DNA of 62,276 bases, filler included, from Choristocarpus tenellus KU-1152 (Eukaryota; Protista; Phaeophyceae): assembly GCA_964200185.2 (NCBI GenBank). It is 12 parts of 12 records of this genome, joined end to end, with 100 filler letters (N's around TTAATTAATTAA, not from the genome) between each part and the next. Parts side by side here need not be neighbours in the genome. Positions count along the whole stretch, not along the records: positions 13,651 to 20,446 come from CAXNAD020007325.1; positions 20,547 to 28,690 come from CAXNAD020005085.1; 10 more parts are not named here. One strand, written 5' to 3'. Made by a program: the position numbers and the translations under genes. Below, in pieces: positions 13,651 through 26,300 of this stretch (position 1 is its first letter; each line of letters opens with the position of its first letter). The notes beneath the pieces are model-generated. The model was not told the origin of the DNA. It searched no databases and worked only from the letters and a program-made list of their open reading frames with translations.

Positions 13651-15400
13651 GATGTTCCTGCCCAAGGCCAGACTTTACGAGAACTCTTGCAGCAGTCGTG
13701 ACGGCTCAACCTGTTTATGGATCGCGTCCACGTATTAACAACTTCACCCCTTTCCACATCGAGCTCGTCGAAGACTCTTGCCCGACTTTCTTAGGACACA
13801 CAGCCGTCCTTTCAGGTGCTTCGTCTGCAATCGACGTCCTACGCATCAAAGGACAGCTCTTACAGGTCCGTTGAGACGACGTTACGACAATGGACGGGTT
13901 CATATTTCGATGAGAGAATACACTCTTTTTTAGGTGACCAACCGAGGATGGTGGTCAAGGTTACCATGTTTTGTTTTTTTTAAGAGAGAGCAAGATGTGA
14001 CGCGGAAGACTGCGGCCATAGCCTAGTTTTGCACTATCGAGCGTACACCGTGGACTCGCGGATGCCTCATTTATATGAAGTTATTTTTTTGGGGGGGGGA
14101 TACATAGGCGAAGGTCATCTCATTGATTTGTACCAACTCCCCACTCTCCTTCCAAACGTCCTAACCAAATTGGAGCCTCCAAACAAATAGGGTATTTATC
14201 TTAGAAAGAAATTGAAATCAACCTTACCCACCAGCAATTTCCTAGCGTAATTCTTGGAGGACTGAAATGGTAAACGATCGAATTAAAGTAGAACGGATTA
14301 TGGATGTTCCCATAAAAGAAATTATCCCATTGAAGCGACCGATACTCATTTTCCCAGCCAATCAAAATGCTCCAAAACGTTGTATTATATACAAAGAAGA
14401 CTCAAAACTCCTTTGGGTTGATGATAGATCTGCTTGCTATGTTTACAAGCATGTCACACCCTTGCGCTGCCTCAGTCGAAACCCTGATCGTCAGGCAGAA
14501 ACAAGGACTATATCGCCACAACAGGACTTCCATGCACGAATAGGTATCAAGCCAAACTTCACTTTTATACAGAGAAGTTGTCAACTGTGTACTGTCAGCC
14601 CTTATACCGATTCTTCAACCTGTGTTAACCCAGAACTCCTAGCCAGTTGTCTGTACTGCCTTAAATACTGAACCTTTCTCTGTTCCCGGCAAACACGGTA
14701 CCTCGTTCGCTCAAAAAAGAAGAAGAAAAGCAATGCATCAAAACCCGTTCGATCAGTCACATACGTTCCCCAGCCTGTGCTTTGATCCCTACCTGCTTTA
14801 GCCACAGACAGGGCGAACGATAGAAGTCGGCACGATTCGGGCAGAGGCTTACCTCCATCTTGTACATCCAGAAGACGAAGTCGACATATGGCTAAAAGTG
14901 CACCAAGTTTGCTTTCATCATGCCCGTAGTGAAGACTGCTTCACGTCTATAACTGACGATTGCAGGTATACCTAATGCCACTCGTTAGTTCCCACAGGAA
15001 TCCACTCACACCTTTCGGGAACCCACCGAGGACCTCCTGGTACTCAATCTAATGCAGTGTCTCGTACGATGGTAGCCTTAATAGAAACGAATCTCCGATA
15101 CCTAGCAGCGATACAATACTCGAAAATTTCTCCACTGTCCGCGAGAAGCCCAACCGTTTCGGAAGTTGCAGAGTCGTCTTGAAGTTGCGCCATGGAGTCT
15201 GAAGCCCCAGCGATCCATGTAATTCCAACTATAGATATAAGACTTTCATTTCCACCTCGATAATATTCGCCATGACACCGACCATTGTACTAGTCAAGTA
15301 TCGACATATGCCCTGATATGTCACCCATGCAGAGTCCACTCGAGAATGCTTGTCCAGGTACTCCTTGACACAGGTGCAGGTCTCATCTATTTTTGTTAAT
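13651..15400 (-). mobile_element. Highly degenerate Ty3/Gypsy-like pol relic
   Basis: Minus-strand fragments in Gypsy order: RT-thumb-like YRRFVS, RNaseH-like TDRTGFDALL, integrase-zinc-finger-like MWKGVKLLIR. Many stops. Confidence 0.4.
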
Positions 15401-16879
15401 ATTGCTTACCACAACTCAACATGACAGGCAAAGGTACCTTATATGCAGCAAACCCCAGAGGGTGTAATACTCTACCAGTGCTGGTACTGAAGTCATGCAA
15501 ACTTCTAATAACGTTTTCCTCTGAGGAAAAAGTGCGCAATATGGCTTTTAGGATAGTGGTGGGGCTGCCATACAAAATTATTCTTACGAGCAACATTTTG
15601 TAGACAATACTAGAGGGAACTTTTATTTATAGAAGTTCTATGCTCCCAACGATCACCACTGCCACCATGGGTACATTTTGTCAACATTCCAACACCCAGA
15701 TCGAGCAGTAACAATGTACCCTTGTCAGACCTTAGCAAATGGCATTGTGGTACAAAGGAAAGTTCTAAGATGGATAGTTGTTAGACTAGGTAACTAAACA
15801 GAAGAAATGAACAGCTTCACCTTACTACAGTTGGATGTTTATCATGCCTTATAGGACCTTCACAACCCTAACTCAAGACCATATCCTACTAATATTCCCA
15901 CCCAAGAACAACTCTTGCCTCGATAGGATGTGTTACGTCTCTTCCCTATAGGTACTAGTGTCAAACATTTTGGATGAATGAAAGCTGAAGAGACTGGTAA
16001 GACAGGTCCAGTTGTTGAGTTCAAATCGCCCCACTGGAGGGTATGGTTGAAGGATAGAGGTAAAGAGGAATTCGGCAGGGAGAGATGAGTGCCTCCTCCA
16101 GAAAACCTTCCAGCAGGTAACAACTGTATGCCTGAGGGACAAGGTGAGGTTCAGCTGGCACATGCTAGAACAAGAGATTAAAGCTTGGAAAATCATAAGT
16201 TACTGAAAGGAGTGTGAGACAGCAGAAGTTAAAAGGAAGCTGCCCACATTAGAGCACACAGTATTATACATTAGTTGTATAGGCTGAAGTTCTTGGAAAA
16301 TATAAACACTGAACTCACTACTTTTTTTTATTTTTCTCTTTTCTATTTTGTAACAACTCTCTGTGATCTTGAATCCTTATGTTTTCTAATGTTATTCATT
16401 TTTAGTTCTCATCCCATCTTCCCCTGATTTTGAATTTCATTTTCTTTTCATAGTTGTTACCCTCCTAATTTACGGACTTTTTATTTTCTTCTTTTCTTCC
16501 CTTTTACTTTTTGTGCTTTTATTTTATTTTATTTACTATTCAGTTTCCACTTTGTTACTCTCATCATCCACACATTTTTTCTCATTATTTACTTTCTATG
16601 TATTGCTCATCTTCTCTTTATTTCTTCTCTTTATTTATTATTAGTACTGTTTGTTGCTCTCATTGACCCTTCTTTATTTCTTTCTTTATTTTCTCATTAC
16701 CTGTTTTGCACACTAGCAGCCTTGAGTATGCTTTGTGCATGGGGGGCATAGGACAGGCAATAATCAGATGCTGTGTAGGTCATGAATGATATAAGTCTAA
16801 TCCTTGATAGCACTTTCATTTATATAATCAGAAAGATTGGAAAGGAAGACGCACAAATTGTGTGACCAATCAGAGCTAT

Positions 16880-17850
16880 ATACTTTGTAAATTTTGAAGG
16901 TATGTTTCAGAAAGAACAAATGTATACTCAGACTAGGCCAGGGGCAATCTGACTTTAATGGTATTCTGTGACCCTTTGGAAAGTTTCCCACATTAAACAA
17001 GGACGATTGCTGACCTGTTTTGAGGCTAGTTGGAGTTATGTATATATTTTTTAAATAAAAGTATATACTCTTATCTGGTCAGACATATATTGATTTTGAC
17101 TGTGCCTTATGACTTTTGAGGATCCGTTCTCAAAGGAAATGAGGGGATTGTTGATCATTGTTGGAATCCATGGGTTAATTTGGAACTGGAGTCCCTATGT
17201 TGGAGAAAACTGTCAGAGTCGGAACTGAAGCCCCTATGTTACCAAATGGCAATTATGCATGCCACCGCAGCATGATCTAAGGTGATGGATATATTTTTTA
17301 TTATCCAGATAACGATTATTTGTCACCTTGTAGACCGACCCTTAAAAAAAAGAAAACTGTGGAGAGGAATTAATCACATTTGTGATTGGGGTGATCGGAA
17401 CTGGAGCCTCATTCATTCTAGGCCATGTAAGAGATGTATGTTTTGCAACTTTTGAAGATGTTTCAGAAGGAGCAAGTATATACTCAGATTTGCCCCGATG
17501 AAAAATGTTTTGCATAGTATTCTGTGCCTCTTGGGATAAATTATCCCAAGAACAACATCGATATGTATTGATCGATTCTGGACCTAGTCGAAGTTATATA
17601 TATTTTTTTATGAAAATATATACTCTGATTAGCTTAGACATATATTGATTCTGACTGTGTATTAAGACGTTTGAGGACTTATTCTCAAAAACTAAACTAG
17701 GAGACATGTCGATCATTTGTTGGAAACAACCGGCAAGTTTGGAACTGGATCCCCTTTTTTGTTTGATGGCAACCAACTCATGCTGCTACAGCGTGATCTG
17801 AGGTAATGGATGACATCTATCATCTTAACCGGTGACAATCACCTGTGCTA
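16880..17850. repeat. Diverged tandem duplication of a ~520-560 bp unit
   Basis: Shared blocks TATACTCAGA, GTATTCTGTG, AGACATATATTGATT.TGACTGTG, TTTGGAACTGGA and TGATCT.AGGT.ATGGAT recur about 520-560 bp apart. Confidence 0.75.
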
Positions 17851-17888
17851 AGCGTGAAACATGTACACCTAGTTCACGTTGAAGGGCA

Positions 17889-18346
17889 TGTCACAGGCAA
17901 ATAGCGCGAGTATTTCTTCCTTCGCTTTAACCGGCGCGAGAGGTTTATGCGCGTGGGGAACCCCAAAAGGGGGAACTCCGATTTGCCAAAAGGTTGCACA
18001 ATAAAATCTGTAACTAGGGAAAGTCGCAAAGGGTCCCAGACGGAAAGGTCGCAAAGGTTCTCAGATATATTCCAAAGTCTATAAACCACAAGAAGCCCCA
18101 ACGGTAAATGCTGATAAGAGATCCTAAAAACGGCTCCAAATGGCTCAGTTCTTCTGACCTACAGGACCCAACTATTCAATTTTTGTTCCTTATATCCCTC
18201 TTGGCTGATACCGTTACACACACTTCCTAGTGCTGCTTGGTTCACCTGACAGTACTCCTGTTCTGCTGAGCTGACGTGCGTTGATCTGTGCATTGGATTT
18301 AAGTTGTACATCCTGTGGAGGTGAGCTCCGAGGGGCACGTGTAACA
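17889..18346 (+). mobile_element. LTR-like element (solo or terminal LTR), ~458 bp
   Basis: Starts TGTCACA, ends TGTAACA (TG...CA with 7-bp inverted termini). Homologous to 35825-36277, including the shared GGAACCCCAAAAGGGGGAACTCCGATTTGCCAA. Confidence 0.7.
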
Positions 18347-20796
18347 TATCTGGCATCTCTCTTTCGACCTGCTGGTCATCACAGCCCACAATACAGGCCA
18401 AGGAGGGATTGGCCGTTGTCAGGGCGAATACAAAACAACGGCAACCAACCACTACTCAAGCATACAAGCGTACGTGTTCGTGGCGTTTACTGTGTAACTG
18501 CTGCTGCATTACTCTCGAGTATAGTGCATCGTAGTTACGTACGTACAGAGCAGGTACTGTGGCACATTTCTTTCTATTTTTTTGCTTGTGTTTTTGCTGC
18601 AGGTGCCAACACCAAAAATACATGAACGACCAATGCAATCGACTGTATGATGGGCGCCATCTATCTGAAATTCCTCGTGATCAGGACTAACCCTGGGCCA
18701 TATCCCAGCTCTGGTCGTATCTCCTGTGGTAGCCTAAACCTTAGCCCAAACCCTAGCTCTGTCCGTAGCTGCAGCTATAGGTCCATGCGAAGCTCTAGAT
18801 CTGAGCTGGAGGTCGTCAATCGAATCAAACCCGCACTGCAGGGAAATTGCAGGCATGGGTGTACCGACAACGATACTGATGTTGATATTGGTGATGATGT
18901 TGATAGCAATATCGATACGGACAATGGTACTGATTCACTCATGATGGAGAGGTGTTTCTTGTTGAATGTGAGATGTTGGTGCGGAATCTTTAATTGTATA
19001 GGACGTTTGCCCTTTTTTCCGATCTCTCCAGCTGTTGTTGATTTTTCTTTTTTCTCGTTTTCGAAACATTCCGTAGGAGTGAAGTGAGGATTCGTCTATG
19101 GAAGGTTTGTCCGGGTGAAGGGATATTACATTTTCTAACCGACAGGATATAGAAAATTTGATCTAAGTCACAACATCGTATTTTGAACACCAGTCGCGGC
19201 CCTATCCTATCATTTGCTTTCGAGTCTTGTGGAGTTGTTTTATGTGATGTGGTTAAGTGGACAACGTTTTGATGTTCAAATTGGCGAAAAGTGTTGTTTG
19301 GGAAGGTTGATTATCGTAGAGTGTAGTGGAGGAAGGTGGAATTATTCGCAGGGATTTTCTGTATTAATTGATGACTAGAAACAAGTAGGGTAGATTTGTC
19401 GCACTGGTTGTTGACTGAAAGTCAGTTGCGAAGATCGTCTGCATTGATTGGTCATTGGAATTGGCCGCATTGATTGGTGACTACAAATCAGTGTCGGAGA
19501 TTGTTTGCAATGTTTGGTCACTGGATATTATGCATAGCGAGGCGGCATTGGGGGATGTTTGGAAACCAGTGGCGAAGAGTGATTTTTAATAGTTGGTCAG
19601 TGGGTACGTAGAGGTGGCTGGGGTGGATGCTGACTTGAAATGCTAATTTGGGCGCATAGTGTGGTGGGGGAGCAAGGATAGTGAGAGGAAGGAAGGAAGA
19701 ACTGGCGTTATATTAGTTGAGCAGGTGGAGAGTGGATGGAATCCTAGAACGAAAGGCAATTCAATGAATACAGAATTCGTGAGGAAATCTAAATATTTTG
19801 TACGAAGCAGATTTGTACCTAGTATGAAATAGCACTTATATATAGATCGATGAAAGTGGGAGATTCCAAACGATATAGATGTAGGTATCGTATTACCATG
19901 GACTGTTGATATGGGATTCTTTTCTTTCCTAGATCATTTCACTTGTATCCCGTCCAAGTACAAAGTGTGTCTACCCCACTTCCTTACTAAGGATCAATGT
20001 CAAAAAGTAAGCAAGTTCTTTTGTAGAAGTTTCTCTCTATCTGTTCTACATACAGAATAATAGGTTGTTTCTGTTTTGAGTTTCAGATTTACCCATCATC
20101 AATATATTCAATATATTCTGTATAGAACAAAGTTCTTGTGTAGACTTTTACAAATGGTTCCTCTATCCAAAAACTCTAATATATACTTGATGAATACAAG
20201 AATATATACTCTATATCTCATTATCCACAAAGAGAAAAGAGGAATAGTATTCAAAGTGTAGTTTCTACGATATATAGTGAATCGATTGTTTCCCAGAAAA
20301 TACCATAGATTTTTGAGAGAACGAGCCTCACAACAACAACAATGTTGTTTTCATTAATAGTACTTGATGACGTCAGTTAATCTCTTTCTAAGGAAACAGG
20401 AAACATAAGGATAATTCCTCTGACCTTTGAAGCTGGTACCCCCCGCNNNNNNNNNNNNNNNNNNNNNNNNNNNNNNNNNNNNNNNNNNNNTTAATTAATT
20501 AANNNNNNNNNNNNNNNNNNNNNNNNNNNNNNNNNNNNNNNNNNNNGGGGGGTTTCAGGCAACACCATCGATAAAACAAACAAGGGCGCTTTTTATTGTT
20601 CGTCTATGATGAACCACACATAGATACTACATGGTCACCCGAAAATCAATAAGTTGGTTGACAGGGTTCCTAAACGCGGGATAACTATCTCAACTTAGGT
20701 TGAATAGGAGGACACAGAGAGACTTAACAACAGCTCTAACCCAACAAGAGGAGGAGTAGAGCACCACCATCCCACCAACGTTGACAACTCCCTCAC

Positions 20797-21661
20797 CTTT
20801 TTGTACATTTTGCGAATCTCTGCAAGTGACACTTCTTTTTTCTTCGTCTGTCGCTTGATAGCTTCTTGGAGCTTGTGCTGAAAAAATATCTTATCGTACA
20901 GCATGCGCTCAACCACACTCTCGGTCGCGTCGTTGAATGCTACAAGCGTGGTCCCACGGTGTAGTGGGCGAATAGGACAAGGGGTAGGTGGGAAGCGATC
21001 GCGGGACACATGCGGCATGCAGTATTGAGCCACATGTTGCTGTGGACAGAAAGACCACGAGCGATAAAAAAGATCAACAACGAAAAGATCCTCAATGGGC
21101 TGACTGACGATGAACCAAACAAAGGAAACTCGGCAACAACTTCATACATCAGGAGAGTCATCAGGCGATCATGGAAAAACGAAAACACTCAATTACTTTG
21201 TTGCTTAGTTGATCAGAATAGTCAGGCGATCATGGAACAACGACAACACTCCATCACCCACCGTTGGCAATTAGCCTCTCTTCTGCTTGGTTGAACTCCA
21301 TGTAGACCCGCATCATGAAAGCGTGTTCGGGATCAAACTCCCTCTTCAGCACCGTTATTCTATGGTTTCCGTCCAGTGTACGTCCTTGAATGGCAAGCGC
21401 AGTTTCGGCGGTGAGCTGGTCCCCATTACCTAAACAGTCTCACTGGATTATGACAGACGGAGCAAACTACTCCAGGCAGCCTTTCTCGTGGATAGACTTG
21501 CTGACGTGTGTAAGGCCACGCTCGCTCAGTGTATGCACCATCTCCATGCATGTGATTTTGCTGAGTTTCATCCGGTACATGCTGAGGTAGTGATGCTCTA
21601 GGAGCAAGGACATGCCCTTCAGATTGCTGGTCCCACGTTCTCGATCCGTGGGCAGCGCCAT
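20797..21661 (-). pseudogene. ParB/Sulfiredoxin-fold (ParB N-terminal-like) gene. Exons ~21661-21262 and 20939-20797; 3' part not found in this contig; two in-frame stops
   Basis: Spliced translation ...MVHTLSERGLTHVSKSIHEKGCLE*FAPSVIIQ*DCLGNGDQLTAETALAIQGRTLDGNHRITVLKREFDPEHAFMMRVYMEFNQAEERLIANAFNDATESVVERMLYDKIFFQHKLQEAIK. This reproduces the ParB pattern S-I-x3-G...P-x-V...D-G-N-H-R...A-x3-N. Canonical GT-AG intron with matching phase. Confidence 0.75.
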
Positions 21662-21924
21662 TGGTGGGCGGGCAGGTTGTTGTTGAGCGAGTGCTGGACA
21701 TGGTGAAGGTTGGGAGGGTGTGACGGGGATCGATAAATAGCAGGTGCACGTGGTACGTAGGGAAGGGAATGAATTGAAATGAGGACTGAGGGATGGGAGG
21801 TGCTGCTTTATTTCATCTGGACGTTCGGTCCTCAAAACTCGGATTTGTCTTTCCGTTGACAATTGTTTTATAAAAAATACGAATATCGAACAGCATACGA
21901 TTTCATATTTAAAACAGACAGAGA

Positions 21925-23242
21925 GTATCAGTTTTTTTTGTGACCTTTTCGTTTCGTACGTTTCAAACGTATTGGATCAATGAAGGATGTGGTTTGTATT
22001 TGTATTTGTTGATGTGTAAACATTAGAATATTATTACTATTTCGGAAAAACCCTAACGCACGTGTTTTGGCTCTTCGAGGGTTTAGGAGATTAGATCTGA
22101 TATTTAAAACTCTACATCCGCTTTTTTATCGTCTCTAGTATTTTTTAGAATACTAAAGTCGCCAAAAAGCGTTTTTAGTATTTAAATAAATTGTGGGTAC
22201 CAGTTGGAAGTGACCTTTTAGTTTCTGAAAATTGGAAACGTGTGAGACCCATAAAGTGCGTGCTTTGTATTTTCAAAAATTGTAAGAACGGTTATTACTG
22301 GATTTACTATTTCTAAAAATACTAATGCACGTGTTTTGGGGTTCAAGAGTTTAGCGGATCAGAATCTGATCAGCTAAACCCAAAGAACCGCCAAAACATG
22401 TCTCTAATATTTTCAAGAATGCAAATGTCCAATAATTTAAGATTTTGTACTTCAAAAAATTAGAGGGTGCCAGTTTTTTTTGACCTGTTGGTTTCTGAAC
22501 ATTGGAAACGTACAAGATCAATTAAGTATGTGCTTTGTATTTTAAAAGTTGTAAGTACGGGTATAATCGGATTTAAAACCTCCGAAAACCGTAATACACG
22601 GATTTGCAGGATCATGGATATCAGGGTGGTCCCACGGATCGCCCGGAGCTCAAACAAAGTTGGTTACGGGTCATTGGAAACGTACAATATCAATTAAGTA
22701 TGTGATTTGTATTTTCAAAAAATTTAAGTACGGATACAATTGGATTTACAAGTTCCTAAAAATGTATTACACGGATTTTCAGGGTCATAGATCGCAGGGT
22801 GGTCCCACCGATCGCCCGAGGCTCAAACAAAGTTGGTTTCGGAACATTGGAAACGTACAATATCAATTGAGTATGTGATTTTTATTTTATACAAATCACG
22901 TATATAATCGGATTTTTTAAAAATAGAAATCACGGATATAATCGGATTTACAACTTCCTAAAAACGTAATAGACGGATTTTCAGGATCCTGGATCTCAGG
23001 GTGGTCCCACTGATCGCCCGAGGCTCAAACAAAGTTGGTTTCGGAATATTGGAAACGTACAATATCAATTAAGTATGAATTTTTATCTTAAAAAATACAA
23101 ATCACGGATATAATCGGATTTTTTTAAAGTAGAAATCACGTATATAATCCGATTTACAACTTCCGAAAAGTGTAACGCACGGATTTTCAGGATCATGGAT
23201 CTCAGGGTTGTCCCACCGATCGCCCAAGGCTCAAACAAAGTT
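21925..23242. repeat. Six-unit internal repeat array (two ~270-bp hairpin-containing units, then four 172-205 bp direct units)
   Basis: Anchor motif GTTTC-N9-GAAACGT (degenerate in two units) at 21951, 22221, 22491, 22663, 22836 and 23038. The last four units end CAGGGTGGTCCCAC.GATCGCCC...CTCAAACAAAGTT. Confidence 0.92.
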
Positions 23243-23316
23243 CATACGCTCGCTTTCGAATCTAATCACTCCTAGACCTTCTCACTGCCCAAGACCGCCT
23301 GTTGCCCGAAAACACC

Positions 23317-26300
23317 ATGACAGTTGCTTCCACAGCAAGGGGGTGGCTTTTGTCGCCTGCGTCTCCCCCCGTGTTGCCGCCTCACCAGCCCGCCAACAAT
23401 GATGCGCTGGAGCTTCCTACCAATGACGCTTCAGCGACCGGCGCCAAGCTTCGCCGAGGATGGGCTGAACCCATCCCGGTCAACGAAAAGGATGACTGCT
23501 GCAAGCGCTTAGCCTGTGTGAAGAAGTTCGTGGCAGATGGCGAGTCCTTCCTTGCACACACCTTGGCCAAAGAGCAGGACATCATCCGGGCGTGTGAGAA
23601 CTGCCGCGATCGCAAGCACTTCGTTGGTGACCGTGTACCTGTGATTAAGTTGGGGCCTGGAGGTGGATCTATACTCGCGGCCGGCATTCCCGTCTGCACG
23701 CGGTTTTTCAAGGCATCGTTCGGGATATCCAACCATGTCATTGACACTCCAAAGGCACACCTAATGCAAGAGCATCCACCGGCGTGGAGAGGTGGGTTTG
23801 ATGTATGTACACAGTGTTACTTGTACCCGGTATATTTTCCCCCCTGCTTGATGATTGAACAGTAGTCCTATCTTAGAACAATGTGATCGAACCGTACTCA
23901 CCCCATTCACTTCGCAGTTACCATGCCTAGATGTCTTATACACAAAGTTAGAGATCCCTCCAGCGTGGAGTAATGTCTTACCTATGTGCGTATATACATG
24001 TGCGATATGTTTTTTTATGCTTCAACAGTATCATCTCATCTGGCTGTCCCCGCGCTGCTGCAATGTTACCACGCGTAAATATCTACAGAATATGTGATCC
24101 GCTGCTGGCATACGATCCCTCTAGGATTCCATCCCCCGTCCCTCATATTCACCTCCAACACATCTCCCATCCATTTATATACATACGTGCACTACTACAA
24201 CAGGAACGGAACGAGCAAAGATAAGGACATGGCTCCGAAGCGAGACCTGGTGATGTCCCGGATAGACTACTGGGCTGATACATACGGGCAGTTCATGCCT
24301 CACAAGTCAACAATTGTGATCTACGCCGCGAACAAACAGGTAGGTTTTGCCCTTGGTTGTGGAGAGGTTGGCCGCACCCTGTGTTGGAGTTAGATGCAAA
24401 CCATGTGACCCAGCAGTACGTAGAAAAGGTGGATCTAAGTAGTATTTCGAGTGGTGGATGTTCATTACTTTGACCGGTCTGAAATTATGGTTAAAAGAAC
24501 ATGTCAAGATTCGTACCAAGGGCTATTTTTTTCGTTTGCTATGTCGAGATTGCAATGTTCATGATGATACTCTTCCTCGCTTTTACCAAGGAAGACACAA
24601 TAACTGTTATTATTTCAACGCCGTGTACACCTACTCTGCGGCCCCGGGCCCGGTCTGACATTGGTACGAAAAGTGTGTACTTCGTATTGCTAGTCCGATT
24701 CGTGATGATGATGATGATGCTGGTAAATTCGCCTCTTTTGCCGCTGCTTCTGCAAACGGAGGCGAGACCCAAACAGAATGACGCTCATGGAAGATTTACG
24801 AAGATCATTGTATTTGCTCTTTCGTAATGCACGATGTAAGCTTGCTTGATCCTGTCTTCCGCGTTCTCAGTCAAGTTATTGGTCAGCCCGCCTTCGAGAG
24901 ATCTTGCAGGGGTGTTCTTCGAGTGTTCCTTCTCAATAACTCCTCACTTGCCCAAACAACCAACATTTTTAATTAGGAGCTATACAAGGATTTTTGCAAA
25001 GAAGCAATACCGGTGTATCCTGACGACCCTTCCAAGCGGGTAAGCAGGGCGCACTTCCTCCGATTGCTCAGAGAGGACAGGCCCAACATCAGGCTGAGGG
25101 TAGGAGGCGAGTTTATGAAATGTGACATATGTGTCATGTTAAAAGAGAAGCGGCACGGTGCGCCTGGCGTAAAACCCACGAACAACTCCACCGTCATCGA
25201 GTCCATCGATAAGGAGCTGTCAGACCATCGAGAGGTAGGTGTCTAGCGTTAATTTTGCGACAATCATACAGTGGCAACATGTCGCCGTCATTGCCCTCCA
25301 TTGGGAAGAACATCTGTTGCGTTTGCCACTGAAGACTCCCATGCAGGTGCTTATGGCAGCAGCAGCAGCCTCACTCAGCGCAAAAACGTTCTTCTTACCT
25401 GCCCAAACACCTTGTATGATAGACTGCTTTCTGGTCGTCTGCAACGGGCTGTGGGAGGGACAGATCATGTAGCGGTAATTCGGCCCCGTACGTATATACT
25501 TCCTACCATCCCGATAATACTTTGTTTGTCTTGGACGCAGGAATAAAAAACGTATCCAAAGACAAACATTTTTTGTTACCTACACTCCTCTTTTGTTACT
25601 AACCCGACACATGTTAACAAGTTGCCATTTTTTACAACTCTGAGCAGATTTCTTTGATTTACGGACGTGATGTTGCTCTCCCCCATTCGTCAGATTATCT
25701 GAGCGAATCAGCTGGTCATCGCCAATAGCACCAGCAGCGCATGCGGGCCAAAGTCAACGGCAAACCTCTCAGCTTCGTGTTCATGTCCGTAGACTCCGCG
25801 AACCAGACAGCACACGCCCTCCCAGCACTTTACCCACCTACCCACGGCGGTGACAGGTAACCACACGCACGCATAGTCCATCTGACAACAAGTTTGCAGC
25901 CGCACGCAGAACAGAATAGACGACTCTGTTTTATTCTATGAATGAGTGCAAAGTCACAAGAAATAACCACCAAAACAGACGCACATAATTCCACTACCGA
26001 TTCCGTTCATCATGATGACGACGCACCATAGAACCTTTCTTTACACGTTTCTTTGGTTTCTGTCCTTGTTATCAGGGGCTAATCCGAGCGTCAGAAGATC
26101 ATGGCTGCACACGCCGAAGGCCAGTTCGCGGAGGTGTGCTTCGCGCTTATCAATCTTGGACGAGGTACGTATTGTGGGTCGTGGCAACCAATCACATGAC
26201 TGAATAGATGCTGGTTGCGCACGCACCACTTGATATACCGTCGTGGCGAGTGGAACTGCCGTAGGTTAAATCCGTAAGGACGAGTACATCCTTACACGAT

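Noticed and set aside
15400-16200. LINE endonuclease (GDLN motif)
   Set aside because: Single short motif among many stops; insufficient support.
21440-21469. Stop-codon recoding (TAG/TGA readthrough or selenocysteine) in the ParB-like gene
   Set aside because: Both stops are single C-to-T changes from CAG/CGA, the neighbouring transposase also has frameshifts, and PYROXD1 ends at a normal TGA. Decay is the simpler explanation.
21925-23242. CRISPR-like or guide-RNA array
   Set aside because: Units are 170-270 bp and homologous along their length, with no unique spacers and no cas-like genes.
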